Assembly (NCBI GenBank): GCA_963734545.1
Contig: CAVTHO010000005.1
Coordinates: forward strand, 1-64,000
Length of the DNA: 64,000 nt
Reading direction: 5' to 3'
From: an uncultured Spirochaetota bacterium
GTDB lineage: Bacteria > Spirochaetota > Spirochaetia > SZUA-6 > Fen-1364
In this document: in pieces, positions 8,716 to 18,495 of the stretch
How the letters are laid out: each line of letters opens with the position of its first letter
Position numbering within the stretch: position 1 is the stretch's first letter
Translations under genes and position numbers: made by a program
Notes under the pieces: generated by a model
Database searches by the model: none
What the model saw: only the letters and a program-made list of their open reading frames with translations
Told to the model about the DNA's origin: nothing

Positions 8716-9267
8716 TTGAAGCTTGCCGCTTTTCTCGGCAGCCCGCGGCCGGGAGGAAACACGGACACTCTGGCAGAGGCCGTTCTGGACGGCGCGCGCG
8801 GCGCCGGCAGTGAAGTCGAAAGCTACGCTCTGCGGGCGCTGAAGGTCCATCCCTGCACGGGATGCGACAACTGCTGGAAGAAGGGCAGGCCGTGCATCTT
8901 CGACGATGATGGTACCGTGCTGTACGACGCGATGGCGCGCGCGGATGTTTTTCTCTTCGCCACGCCGGTGTATTGGTACGGGCCGACGGCGATCATGAAG
9001 GCGTTCATGGATCGGCTCGTTGTTTTCAACAGGCCTGAGGGCCGGCCCCTTGTGAAGGGCAAGGCCGCCGTATTAGTGTCCGCGTGGGAAGAGAAAGGCG
9101 GGGAGCCGGCGGAACCGCTGGTGAAGATGTTCGAGCTGGGCTTTCGCTACCTCGAGCTGCGGTTTGTGCAGAGGCTGCTCGTGGACGGAGTCGGGCCAAA
9201 GGGCGCCGTGGACGGGAAGCCGAACGTGCTTGAGCGCGCGCGTGCGCTGGGACGGTCACTCGTATGA
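8716..9267 (+). CDS. Flavodoxin-fold / iron-sulfur flavoprotein family protein
   Basis: TTG start after AGGAAGG; GSPRPGGNT, CTGCDNCxxxxxxC, ATPVYWYG; ATGA overlap with the next gene. Confidence 0.88.
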   Translation: MKLAAFLGSPRPGGNTDTLAEAVLDGARGAGSEVESYALRALKVHPCTGCDNCWKKGRPCIFDDDGTVLYDAMARADVFLFATPVYWYGPTAIMKAFMDRLVVFNRPEGRPLVKGKAAVLVSAWEEKGGEPAEPLVKMFELGFRYLELRFVQRLLVDGVGPKGAVDGKPNVLERARALGRSLV

Positions 9268-10688
9268 AGGTCCTGCTGGTCAATACGAATCGCGTGACGC
9301 CCCCGATCGCACCGATCGGGCTGGACTACCTGGCGGACAGCCTGCGGCGCGCCGGGCACGAGCTCGCGCTCCTGGACTTGTGCTTTGCGGAGAACGTGGA
9401 AAAGGAGATCGCCGCCTCCGCAACTTCCTTCGCGCCGGAGGTGATCGCGGTCAGCGTGCGCAATACGGACGATTGCTTCTACGCAAGCGGCGCCTTTTTT
9501 CTCCCCGGCATACGCGAGATCGTGTACACGCTGCGCCAGTATTCCGATGCACCGGTCGTTCTCGGCGGGGTCGGTTTCTCCATCATGCCGGAAGCGGCGG
9601 TGGAGTACTGCGGCGCTGATTTCGGCATCGCCGGTGAAGGCGAGGATGCGTGCGTCCGGCTTCTGGAGTCGATCCGGACGGGAGCGGAGCTCGAGCAGGT
9701 GCCCGGGCTGGTGTGGTGGGACGAGAGCGGCCTGCAGCACAATCGCCCCGTTGACATGCGGCTGGACCAGCTTCCCGCCCGGACCAGATCCTTCATCGAC
9801 AACCAGAGATACTTCAGGGAAGGCGGACAGGCGGGGTTCGAGACGCGCCGCGGCTGTCCCCTGCAGTGCACGTATTGCGCGGACCCCGTGTCCAAGGGGA
9901 AGCGCAGCCGGCTGCTCCCGCCGCGAATGGTCGTGGATGAGCTCGGCGCTCTCCTTGGGCAGGGAATCGACCACCTGCACACCTGTGACTGCGAGTTCAA
10001 CATTCCCCTGTCCCATGCCCGGGACGTATGCCGCGCAATCATCGATGCGGGCCTTGCGGACAGGCTGCGATGGTACGCCTACTGCTCTGTGGCCCCGTTC
10101 GATGGGGAGACGGCCAGACTCATGCGGCAGGCGGGCTGCGCCGGCATAGATTTCGGCGCGGACAGCGGGAGCGTGGAGATGCTGCGAAGGCTGGGCAGGG
10201 ATTTCGGCCCCGCGGAGCTGAAGGAAACCGCGCGCTGCTGCAGGGACGCCGGCATCCCCTTCATGTATGACCTGCTGGTGGGAGGGCCGGGGGAGACACG
10301 CGACACGATTCGGGAATCTCTCGACCTGATCCGGAGCGTTCAGCCGGATTGCGTCGGGGTTTCCATGGGCGTGCGCGTGTACGAGGGCACCGTCCTTGCC
10401 GACCAGGTGCGCGCCGCCGGTCCCACGGAAAGCAACCCGGACCTCTACGGCGCCCGTCTGGACAATGAGCGGTTCGTGCGTCCCGTGTTCTACATCTCTT
10501 CGGGCCTGGGAGAAGGGATCACGGACTACATGCGTGAGCTCGTCGGAAACGACGAGAGGTTCCTTCTGCCCTTTGGCCCGGATGAAAAAAGGGACTACAA
10601 CTACAACGGCAACGATCTCCTGGTGCGCGCGGTGGCGCAGGGCGCCCGCGGCGCCTACTGGGACATTCTCAGGAGAATGAGGGCGTAG
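9264..10688 (+). CDS. Cobalamin-binding radical SAM protein, TsrM-like methyltransferase
   Basis: N-terminal B12 domain (PPIAP, VRNTD, GGVGFS); CPLQCTYC; DCEFN; GPGET. Confidence 0.85.
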   Translation: MKVLLVNTNRVTPPIAPIGLDYLADSLRRAGHELALLDLCFAENVEKEIAASATSFAPEVIAVSVRNTDDCFYASGAFFLPGIREIVYTLRQYSDAPVVLGGVGFSIMPEAAVEYCGADFGIAGEGEDACVRLLESIRTGAELEQVPGLVWWDESGLQHNRPVDMRLDQLPARTRSFIDNQRYFREGGQAGFETRRGCPLQCTYCADPVSKGKRSRLLPPRMVVDELGALLGQGIDHLHTCDCEFNIPLSHARDVCRAIIDAGLADRLRWYAYCSVAPFDGETARLMRQAGCAGIDFGADSGSVEMLRRLGRDFGPAELKETARCCRDAGIPFMYDLLVGGPGETRDTIRESLDLIRSVQPDCVGVSMGVRVYEGTVLADQVRAAGPTESNPDLYGARLDNERFVRPVFYISSGLGEGITDYMRELVGNDERFLLPFGPDEKRDYNYNGNDLLVRAVAQGARGAYWDILRRMRA

Positions 10689-10722
10689 CCCTTCCGCGGT
10701 ACACCGCGGAGTTGGAGGGCGA

Positions 10723-10758
10723 GCTCGGCCGAGGCCAGGGATGGCCGAAAGGCCGAGC
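10723..10758 (+). repeat. Palindromic element with AGGGAT loop
   Basis: GCTCGGCC-GA-GGCC-AGGGAT-GGCC-GAAA-GGCCGAGC between convergent genes, preceded by a second hairpin TCCGCGGT/ACCGCGGA. Confidence 0.65.
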
Positions 10759-10774
10759 AGTATGCATAGCCCGG

Positions 10775-11899
10775 TCAACCCTTCGGCGCAATACCCTTCT
10801 CGTACACGCGGTATTTCTTCACCAGGTCCAGCCCCAGCTTGACGATGGCGTTGCGGATCTTCGCGTTGTCCTCGAGGATGTAGTTCGCCTCCAGCCTGCG
10901 GATGCGCGGGGAGAGCGCGTTGAAAATCTGCGTATAGAGGAGCACGTCGAGCCCTTTCCCATGGTACGCGGGAAGCACGCCGAGGCCGAACAGTCGATAG
11001 TCCGCGACCTTCTTCACGCCGAAGAGGAGCTGCAGAAAACCGAAAGGGAGGAGCTTCCCGCCGGTGCGCCGGAGGATCACGTTCAAGTCCGGAAACCCGA
11101 GGGCGAATCCCACCGGTGTCCCATTGTGCTCCACGAACCAGATCGCCGCGGGATCGGCAATCGGCTTGAGCCTGCGGAACATGTCCTGCAGCTCGTCACG
11201 GTTGAGCGGCACGTAGCCCCAGTTGTCCTTGAGGGACTCATTGGAGATCCGAAAGATCGCATCCGCGTCCCGTTCCAGGTGCTTCATGGAAAGGGGACGC
11301 ACGCTGTACCCCGTGCCGGGCGCGAGCATACGCACGCTGAACCGGGAGAAGCGCTCTGGCAACCGGTAGGCCTTCTCGGTGCTGCCCTCGTAGGCAAGGA
11401 GGTCCTTCGCCTTGTCGTATCCCAGGCGGCGCATGAAATCATTGTAGCGTGAGGGGTTGTAAGGAGCCATGAAGACGGGCGGCTGTCCGAAGCCTTCGAG
11501 GAGGAACCCCCAGCTCTCCGCCACGGGATGGATGGGGCCCCGCACCCGGTTCATGCCGCGCGCGGCCAGCCACGTCACTGCCGCTTCATCCAGCGCCCGG
11601 GCCGCGGAGAAGTCGTCCACGCACTCGAAAGCGCCGAAGAAGCCGGTGCGGGCGTGATAGTAGGTATTGAAATTGTGATCGACGTAGATGAGGCTGCGGC
11701 CCCTCAGCCGGCCGTCGTCATCCGCGAGCAGAAGCGCATAGTCGGAGTGTGCAAGGATGGCGTTCCTCTTTGACGTATAAGCGCCGCGTTCATCCATCCA
11801 CAGCGGGGGAGCCCACGAGGGATCGGACTTGTACAGGTCTCGGGGAAAGAGAGTGAACCTCCGCATGTCGGCGGAGGTCCTTGCTTCATAAACGCGCAT
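10775..11899 (-). CDS. GNAT-fold acyltransferase (YghO-like)
   Basis: GFFGAFEC, MAPYNP, DNWGYVPL, GVLPAYHGKG, ILEDN. Confidence 0.8.
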   Translation of the reverse strand: MRVYEARTSADMRRFTLFPRDLYKSDPSWAPPLWMDERGAYTSKRNAILAHSDYALLLADDDGRLRGRSLIYVDHNFNTYYHARTGFFGAFECVDDFSAARALDEAAVTWLAARGMNRVRGPIHPVAESWGFLLEGFGQPPVFMAPYNPSRYNDFMRRLGYDKAKDLLAYEGSTEKAYRLPERFSRFSVRMLAPGTGYSVRPLSMKHLERDADAIFRISNESLKDNWGYVPLNRDELQDMFRRLKPIADPAAIWFVEHNGTPVGFALGFPDLNVILRRTGGKLLPFGFLQLLFGVKKVADYRLFGLGVLPAYHGKGLDVLLYTQIFNALSPRIRRLEANYILEDNAKIRNAIVKLGLDLVKKYRVYEKGIAPKG

Positions 11900-12016
11900 G
11901 CTGCCTCACGAGAGGTACCATCATAGTGGGCACGCCCCTCTCGGGCAAGCGTAGCCACGGACGGCGAGGGCGAGCGAGTACAGGGACGTACTTCAGCGAG
12001 CCCGTATCGCTCTTCC

Positions 12017-12295
12017 TCAGCGAACCTCGAACAGGAGCGCCTCGGTCCCGATTGCCGAGATCACCGTGCAGTCCCGGGCAGCGGGAAGATCCCTCTGCTC
12101 GCCGGCGGCCAGGAGGATATCCTTTGCATCCCGCGTGATCCACGCGGTGCCGGAAAGCGCGCGGATGCGTGCGCGCGTGCCGGGGATCCTCAGGGTCTCT
12201 CCCGGAAGCAGGACCAGGCGAAGTGTAGAAGGGGCGGTTTCCGCGCTCGCGCGCTCAACTCCCTGAAATAGAAGAGTCATCTCAGCGGTGCTCAT
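12017..12295 (-). CDS. DUF2917 domain protein
   Basis: SGTAWIT...DILLAAGE cupin-like pattern; RBS AAGGAG. Confidence 0.7.
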   Translation of the reverse strand: MSTAEMTLLFQGVERASAETAPSTLRLVLLPGETLRIPGTRARIRALSGTAWITRDAKDILLAAGEQRDLPAARDCTVISAIGTEALLFEVR

Positions 12296-12313
12296 GTCTT
12301 CTCCTTCCGCTGT

Positions 12314-12784
12314 TCAGTCGTCCACCTCGGGCAGAGTCGGCTCCACCCGGGACGATTCCTTGTACGTCGAGAGAACGATGTTCGTGACTGACTTGCCGGC
12401 TTCCGACGTGTTCTTGATTGCCAGGAGCAGTTTCTCGAGCTGCTTCGGCCCGGCTGCCCGGACCTTCAGCACGTAGCAGTCCTCCCCGGCCACGTTGTGG
12501 CATTCAAGGATGTCCGGCTCCGACTCGCAGAGCTTCTGGATGTCATTGCGGAGGCCATCATGCGTGTCCACGGTGAGCCGCACGAAGGCAAGGAGGGGTT
12601 TGCCGAGCTTCTCGGGATCCGTGACTGCCACGTATCCCTTGATGATTCCCTTCCTCTCCATCTTCTTGACGCGCTCGTGAACCGAGGAAACGGTAAGGCC
12701 GACCGCCTCCGCCATCTCCGCGTTGGAGAGTCGCGCGTTGCCCTGGAGCAGGTCCACGATCTTTCTGTCGATTGCGTCTATCAC
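12314..12784 (-). CDS. Lrp/AsnC family transcriptional regulator
   Basis: DAIDRKIVDLLQGNAR HTH, ECHNVAGEDCY; start placed at GTG 12784, just after the promoter. Confidence 0.92.
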   Translation of the reverse strand: MIDAIDRKIVDLLQGNARLSNAEMAEAVGLTVSSVHERVKKMERKGIIKGYVAVTDPEKLGKPLLAFVRLTVDTHDGLRNDIQKLCESEPDILECHNVAGEDCYVLKVRAAGPKQLEKLLLAIKNTSEAGKSVTNIVLSTYKESSRVEPTLPEVDD

Positions 12785-12790
12785 AGTCAC

Positions 12791-12819
12791 AATATACACA
12801 CAAACAACAGAAGTGTCAA
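12791..12819 (-). promoter_or_regulatory. Sigma70 promoter, leaderless lrp
   Basis: TTGACA-17-TATATT, 6 nt before GTG. Confidence 0.75.
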
Positions 12820-12915
12820 ATATTTTTTGGCATTATCGCCATATTGCCATATTTTATTCGGCAATAGCGGATTTTCACGGGTCCGGGAAGGAGTCCAGCC
12901 CTGCAAGCGCTCGCC

Positions 12916-12944
12916 TTGCAACCTCACACGCTCTCAGTTACACT
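12916..12944 (+). promoter_or_regulatory. Sigma70 promoter, leaderless HD gene / pheST operon
   Basis: TTGCAA-17-TACACT, 6 nt before ATG 12951. Confidence 0.7.
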
Positions 12945-12950
12945 TCATCC

Positions 12951-13499
12951 ATGAGAAAACTCATCCAGCAGTATGCCAAGGACCTGACCTCCGGGAGGCT
13001 CGGATCGGGATACGAGCACTCGTTCCGTGTCTATCACCTGGCGCGGGAGATCGGGGAAGGGATAGAGCACGACGAGGACATCCTTCATGCGGCGTGCTTT
13101 CTACACGATGTGGAAATGTCCGTGGGACATCCGAAGAGCTCCGCGGACCGGGCCGAGGCCATCCTGCACGAGACGGGATTCGTGCCGGAAAAGATCCCTA
13201 CTGTCATCGACGCGATCCTCAACCACATGCCCAATGGCAATCCCACCTCGGTGGAGGCGAAGCTGCTCTTCGATGCCAACCTCCTGGACTCCCTCGGCGC
13301 CGTGGGATTGGCCCGGCTCTCGGTCGGCGCGTTCCTCTGGTACAACATGAAAACGATGGAGGAAATCCACCAGTACATCGCCCGTGAGCTCTCGTTCACG
13401 GAAAAGTTCAACTTCGACAAGAGCAGAGAGATGGCCAAGGACAAGATCGCCTTCACCCGGGCGGCCATCGAGCAATTCTCCCGAGAGCTCCACCTGTAG
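12951..13499 (+). CDS. HD domain protein
   Basis: EHSFRV, FLHDV, DANLLDSLGAVGLAR. Confidence 0.85.
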   Translation: MRKLIQQYAKDLTSGRLGSGYEHSFRVYHLAREIGEGIEHDEDILHAACFLHDVEMSVGHPKSSADRAEAILHETGFVPEKIPTVIDAILNHMPNGNPTSVEAKLLFDANLLDSLGAVGLARLSVGAFLWYNMKTMEEIHQYIARELSFTEKFNFDKSREMAKDKIAFTRAAIEQFSRELHL

Positions 13500-13507
13500 A
13501 CTCCCTC

Positions 13508-14722
13508 ATGGCAGCACTCACGCGCCGCTTCCTCGCGGAAGGCCACATCATCGACTCGGGCCTGCTCACGAGGATGCTGAACCTCATCGTGGACGCGGAC
13601 GCCGACTACGAGATCACGGCCTTCTCCATGGGCAAGGTCCGGACCGACACGTCGCGCCTGGAGATCGAGGTGAAGTGCGGCACCGAGGCGCAGCTCGCCT
13701 CCCTCACCGGCCTTCTCGTGAACCAGGGCTGCTATGAGAAGGAAGTGGGAGAAGCGCTGCTGCGGCCCGCTCCCAAGGACTCGTGCGTGCCGGACGATTT
13801 CTACGCCACCACCAATCGGCGCACGCAGGTTTTCCGGGCCGGCGCCTGGTCTGACGTGGCGGACATGCGCATGGACGGCGTCATCGTGGAGACCCGGGCA
13901 GGGCTCGCCTGCAGGCTGATCCGGGACGTGCAGGCGGGAGAGAAGATCGTGTGCACCAACAGGTCGGTGCGCGTCTTTCCCCTCTTCTCCGAGCAGGAGA
14001 ACGAAGAGTTCGGGTTCATGGCGAGCGATGTGTCCTCCGAGCGCAGCGTCGACGTGGCCATCTCCCGGGTGGCGGAGGCCCTTGCCCGGCAGAAGCAAGA
14101 CCGGGGCAGGGTGATCGTGGTGGCAGGGCCCGTGGTGATCCACACGGGAGGCGGCCCGGCGCTGGCCTCCCTCGTGCGCGGAGGATACGTGTCCGGCCTT
14201 CTCGCCGGCAATGCCCTGGCCGTGCACGACCTGGAAAGCGCCCTTTTCGGCACCTCGCTCGGCATCGCCCTGGAGACGGGAAAGCCGGTGTTCGAGGGGC
14301 ACCGCAACCACATCCGCGCCATCAACACGGTGTTCGCGCACGGCTCGATAGAGGCGGCGGTGGAAGCGGGCGCGGTGAAGTCGGGCGTCATGTTCGAATG
14401 CGTGAAAGGAAATGTGCCCTATCTGCTCGCCGGCTCGCTGCGGGACGACGGCCCCCTGCCCGAGACCGAGATGGACATGCTGGCCGCCCAGAAGGCGTAT
14501 GCCGCGCTGGTAAAGGGCGCGAACATGGTGGTCATGCTTTCCAGCATGCTGCACTCCATTGCTACGGGAAACATGATCCCCGCATGGGCAAAGACGATAT
14601 GCGTTGACATCAACCCCGCCGTCGTGACTAAACTCTCCGACAGGGGCTCCGGCCAGACAATCGGCATCGTCACAGACGTCGGTCTGTTCCTGAGATCTCT
14701 AGCTGAAAAACTCCAGAGGTAG
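13508..14722 (+). CDS. TIGR00300 family (LOR/SDH region; ornithine cyclodeaminase-like)
   Basis: EGHIIDSG, PDDFYATTN, GNALAVHDLE, AGSLRDDGPLP, LHSIATGN. Confidence 0.85.
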   Translation: MAALTRRFLAEGHIIDSGLLTRMLNLIVDADADYEITAFSMGKVRTDTSRLEIEVKCGTEAQLASLTGLLVNQGCYEKEVGEALLRPAPKDSCVPDDFYATTNRRTQVFRAGAWSDVADMRMDGVIVETRAGLACRLIRDVQAGEKIVCTNRSVRVFPLFSEQENEEFGFMASDVSSERSVDVAISRVAEALARQKQDRGRVIVVAGPVVIHTGGGPALASLVRGGYVSGLLAGNALAVHDLESALFGTSLGIALETGKPVFEGHRNHIRAINTVFAHGSIEAAVEAGAVKSGVMFECVKGNVPYLLAGSLRDDGPLPETEMDMLAAQKAYAALVKGANMVVMLSSMLHSIATGNMIPAWAKTICVDINPAVVTKLSDRGSGQTIGIVTDVGLFLRSLAEKLQR

Positions 14723-14729
14723 CACGTTC

Positions 14730-16277
14730 ATGGAATCATCAGGCCAGCGGGAGCTCCACCCCCTCGAGGTCAAGGTCCTCCTGCACTACGGCGTCAAGGA
14801 GCCTCTCAGCCATGCCCGGCTCGTGGCGGATCTCGGCTACAATCTCGGCCAGGCCAACCAGGCATTGAGCTGGCTGGCAGCCAAAGAGCTCGTCGCGGAA
14901 ACCGCTCGCGCACAGCGCGTGTTCTACGAGATCACGGACTTCGGCCGCGAATGCACTGAGAAAGGCACCTACGAGCAGCGTATCGTGGGCCAGCTTGCGC
15001 AGGGCCCGCTGTCGCTTCCCGAAATCGCCGGGAAGCTGGGCATCGAAGCCAAGGACGTGGGCTCCGCGTTCGGAGGTCTCAGCAAGGACAAGGTGCTTGC
15101 CATGGACGGGGACAAGCGGGCAATGCTTGCAGCCGGAGGTGAGGCGCTTCTGCAGAAGCGGGAGGCGTCGATCCAGGCCCTGTTGAAGAAGGCACTCTCT
15201 GCTCCCCTGGACGACGGCGTGCTGGATGCCCGGGAAAAGGAGCTTGCCGCGTCCCAGGCGAAGAAGCGCGGCGCTGCGGGAAGCCTCTTCCGGTTGGTGG
15301 AGAGGGAAGAGGTCACCTACGCTTTCACGCCGGCGGGCGCAGAGGCCGCTGCTTCCTTGAAGAGCGCAGGCGCCACGGGAGAAGAAGCGGGCGCGCTCAC
15401 CCCTGAGATGCTGAAGTCAGGCTCCTGGAAGACGGCGCAATTCCGGCGGTACAACATCGACGTTCCCCCTACCCGGGTCCCGCTGGGGAGGGGCAATCCC
15501 TACTGCACGTTCCTTGCCCGGCTGAAGGACAAGCTCTCGTCCCTCGGGTTCGAGGAGTTCGACGGGCCGCTCGTGGAGACAGAGTTCTGGAACGGGGATG
15601 CGCTTTTCATGCCCCAGTTCCACGCTGCCCGGGACATCCACGACGTCTACTACACGAAAGCCCCGACTCATGCAAAGGAGATCAGCCAGCCGTGGCTGGA
15701 CCAGGTCGCGGCAACCCATGAGAACGGCTGGAAGACAGGCAGCCGCGGCTGGGGATATGCCTTCGACCGGCAGTTCACCCGCCGGCTGATCCTGCGCAGC
15801 CAGGGCACCGTGCTCTCGGCCAAGGCCCTGCCCGGCGCCCGGGTGCCGGGGAAATACTTCGGCGTGGTGCGCTGCTTCCGCTATGACAAGGTGGACGCCA
15901 CTCACCTGGCGGACTTCTATCAGACCGAGGGCATTGTCCTGGGAGAAGAGGTCAACCTCCGCACGCTCCTGGGGCTCCTCAAGATGTTCGCGGAAGAGGT
16001 GGCCATGGCAAAAGAGGTGAAGTACGTGCCCGGCTTCTTCCCCTTCACCGAGCCCTCCGTGGAAGTGCACATCAAGCATCCCTCCCTCGGCTGGTTCGAG
16101 CTGGGCGGCTCGGGGATCTTCCGGCCCGAGGTGACTGAGCCCCTGGGCATCAAGGTGCCGGTGCTCGCCTGGGGTCTGGGCATCGACAGGATGGCTCTCA
16201 CCTCGATGGGCCTGCACGACATCCGCGACCTGTTCACCAATTCAATCGAGGCCGTGCGCTCCAGGAGGACCAGTTAG
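14730..16277 (+). CDS. pheS: Phenylalanyl-tRNA synthetase alpha subunit (archaeal/eukaryote type)
   Basis: 515 aa with long N-terminus; ALFMPQFHAARD, FFPFTEPS, SGIFRPE, AWGLGIDR. Confidence 0.95.
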   Translation: MESSGQRELHPLEVKVLLHYGVKEPLSHARLVADLGYNLGQANQALSWLAAKELVAETARAQRVFYEITDFGRECTEKGTYEQRIVGQLAQGPLSLPEIAGKLGIEAKDVGSAFGGLSKDKVLAMDGDKRAMLAAGGEALLQKREASIQALLKKALSAPLDDGVLDAREKELAASQAKKRGAAGSLFRLVEREEVTYAFTPAGAEAAASLKSAGATGEEAGALTPEMLKSGSWKTAQFRRYNIDVPPTRVPLGRGNPYCTFLARLKDKLSSLGFEEFDGPLVETEFWNGDALFMPQFHAARDIHDVYYTKAPTHAKEISQPWLDQVAATHENGWKTGSRGWGYAFDRQFTRRLILRSQGTVLSAKALPGARVPGKYFGVVRCFRYDKVDATHLADFYQTEGIVLGEEVNLRTLLGLLKMFAEEVAMAKEVKYVPGFFPFTEPSVEVHIKHPSLGWFELGGSGIFRPEVTEPLGIKVPVLAWGLGIDRMALTSMGLHDIRDLFTNSIEAVRSRRTS

Positions 16278-16280
16278 GCC

Positions 16281-17981
16281 ATGCCGAAGATCGATGTCAA
16301 CGAAGGGCTTTTCTTCAAGGCCCTGGGCCGAAAGTTCGAAAAGCCCGAGCTGATCGAGCTGCTCACCGCGGCAAAGGCGGAGCTCGATGACTGGCCGCAG
16401 GGAGAGGGTGTTCTTCGCATCGAGCTGAACGACACGAACAGGCCCGACCTCTGGTCCACCATGGGTCTTGCCCGTCAGCTCTCGATCTATCTCGGGGCAA
16501 AGGCTCCCTCCTATCCCTTCTTCTCCCGGCCACAGGAAGCAAAAGACACCGGCGAGCGGCGCGTGGTAGTGGACAAGGGCCTGAAAGACATAAGGCCGTT
16601 CATCGGGTCATTCGTTGCCGAGGGCAGGGAGGTCACGGACGCCCTGCTCAGGGAGATCATCCAGTCACAGGAAAAGCTCTGCGGCAACTACGGAAGGAAG
16701 CGCAAGACCATTGCCATGGGCGTTTCCCGCGCGGACCTGATCTCATGGCCGGTGAGCTATGGCGCCGCAGACCCTGACAAGACGAAGTTCGTGCCCCTTG
16801 ATTTCGACAAGCCGCTCAGCATGCGGGAGATCCTTTCCGCGCACCCCAAGGGCAGGGAATACGGCCCCATTGTCGCGCATTTTGCCCGGTTCCCCCTTCT
16901 CTCGGACGGCAAGGGGGAGGTGCTCACGTTCCCGCCGGTGATCAACTCGGCGTATATCGGCGGCGTGAAGCCCGGTGACAGCCGGCTGTTCATCGACCTG
17001 ACGGGCCCTGACCTCGAAATCATCCTCACCGCGTGCGCAATCGCGGCGTGCGATTTTGCAGACATGGGCTTCCGCATCCTGCCGGTGACCGTGGAATACC
17101 CGCGGGACACGCCCCTTGGCCGAAAGATCGTCACGCCCTGCTACTTCCAGAAGGAGACCGTGCTGGAGGTGGCAGAGGCGGAGAAGAGGCTCGGGGATTC
17201 CTTTACTCCCGCGCAGGCGGCGGGATACATCAGGAAGATGGGAAGCACGGCGCGCGTGGAAGGCGCGCGTATCGTCGTGGCCCCGCCGGAGTACCGGAAC
17301 GACTTTCTGCACCCGGTGGACCTGGTGGAGGAGATCATGATCGGCCGCGGCATGGATTCCTTCACGCCGGTGATGCCGAGAGACTTCACCGTGGGCCGGA
17401 TCTCCGCCGCGGAGGAGTACGGCCGCAGGGTGCGGGAGACCATGATCGGCCTGGGCTACCAGGAGATGATCTACGGCTATCTCGGCGCGAAGAGGGATTT
17501 TGTCGAAAGGATGGGAATCGACGGGGACGCGGTGGTCGAGATCGCCAACCCGATGACGGAAAGCTACGACGTGGTGCGCAATTCCAGCATTCCCAACCTC
17601 CTGGCCTCGGAGGCCGAGTCCGCGCATGCGGTCTACCCGCACCGGATATTCGAGATCGGAAAAGTCGTGGTCAAGGACGCGGCGGAGAATTACGGCACCC
17701 GCACCTACAACTCTCTCAGCTTCCTCGTGGCGGACAGGGAGGCCGGGTTCAACGAGGTGGATGCGCACATGCTGGCGCTGTTCTATTACCTGTCACTCGA
17801 GCCGCAGCTCGCCCCCGTGGAGGACGTTCGGTTCATCCCCGGCCGCGCGGCGGAGATCAGGGTAAAGGGAAAGAAGGTCGGGATCATGGGTGAAATACAT
17901 CCGCGCGTGCTGGAGAACTGGGGCATCCAGATGCCGTGTGCAGCCGCGGAGCTGTTCCTCGACCTGATGAGGGGGGAGTGA
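16281..17981 (+). CDS. pheT: Phenylalanyl-tRNA synthetase beta subunit (short, archaeal type)
   Basis: 566 aa; NRPDLWS, QEKL..NYGRKR, PPVINS, YRNDFLHPVDLVEE, GEIHP. Confidence 0.95.
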   Translation: MPKIDVNEGLFFKALGRKFEKPELIELLTAAKAELDDWPQGEGVLRIELNDTNRPDLWSTMGLARQLSIYLGAKAPSYPFFSRPQEAKDTGERRVVVDKGLKDIRPFIGSFVAEGREVTDALLREIIQSQEKLCGNYGRKRKTIAMGVSRADLISWPVSYGAADPDKTKFVPLDFDKPLSMREILSAHPKGREYGPIVAHFARFPLLSDGKGEVLTFPPVINSAYIGGVKPGDSRLFIDLTGPDLEIILTACAIAACDFADMGFRILPVTVEYPRDTPLGRKIVTPCYFQKETVLEVAEAEKRLGDSFTPAQAAGYIRKMGSTARVEGARIVVAPPEYRNDFLHPVDLVEEIMIGRGMDSFTPVMPRDFTVGRISAAEEYGRRVRETMIGLGYQEMIYGYLGAKRDFVERMGIDGDAVVEIANPMTESYDVVRNSSIPNLLASEAESAHAVYPHRIFEIGKVVVKDAAENYGTRTYNSLSFLVADREAGFNEVDAHMLALFYYLSLEPQLAPVEDVRFIPGRAAEIRVKGKKVGIMGEIHPRVLENWGIQMPCAAAELFLDLMRGE

Positions 17982-17984
17982 GAG

Positions 17985-18473
17985 ATGGACGCCCGTATCA
18001 GCGTGGTCGCCCTTTCGTGGCAGCCGGACGCGAACATCGTGGTCGGCCAGTCGCATTTCATAAAGACCGTGGAGGACCTGGCGGAGATCATGAACACGTC
18101 GGTGCCCGGGGCCCGGTTCGGCCTCGCGTTCTGCGAGGCCTCGGGTCCCTGCCTGATCCGCACGGAGGGCAACGACGAAGCCCTTGTGGCAGACGCGGTG
18201 CGCTGCGCAAAAGCCGTGGCAGCCGGCCACACGTTCTTCCTCGTCATGAAGAACGCCTACCCCATCAACGTGCTTCCCCGGATCAAGGACTGCCAGGAGG
18301 TCTGCGGGATCTTCTGCGCCACGTCCAACCCGGTACAGGTCCTGGTGGGCTCCACCGAGCAGGGCAATGGGATCCTCGGCGTGATAGACGGCTCACCGCC
18401 GAAGGGTGTGGAAGGGGAAGCCGACAAGGCTGACCGCAAGTCGATGCTCAGGAAGTTCGGATACAAGTTCTAG
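17985..18473 (+). CDS. Adenosine-specific kinase family protein (DUF355)
   Basis: GQSHFIKTVED, AFCEASG, IFCATSNP, LGVIDG. Confidence 0.88.
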   Translation: MDARISVVALSWQPDANIVVGQSHFIKTVEDLAEIMNTSVPGARFGLAFCEASGPCLIRTEGNDEALVADAVRCAKAVAAGHTFFLVMKNAYPINVLPRIKDCQEVCGIFCATSNPVQVLVGSTEQGNGILGVIDGSPPKGVEGEADKADRKSMLRKFGYKF

Positions 18474-18495
18474 ACGGGGAGCCCGGGCGGCTCTG

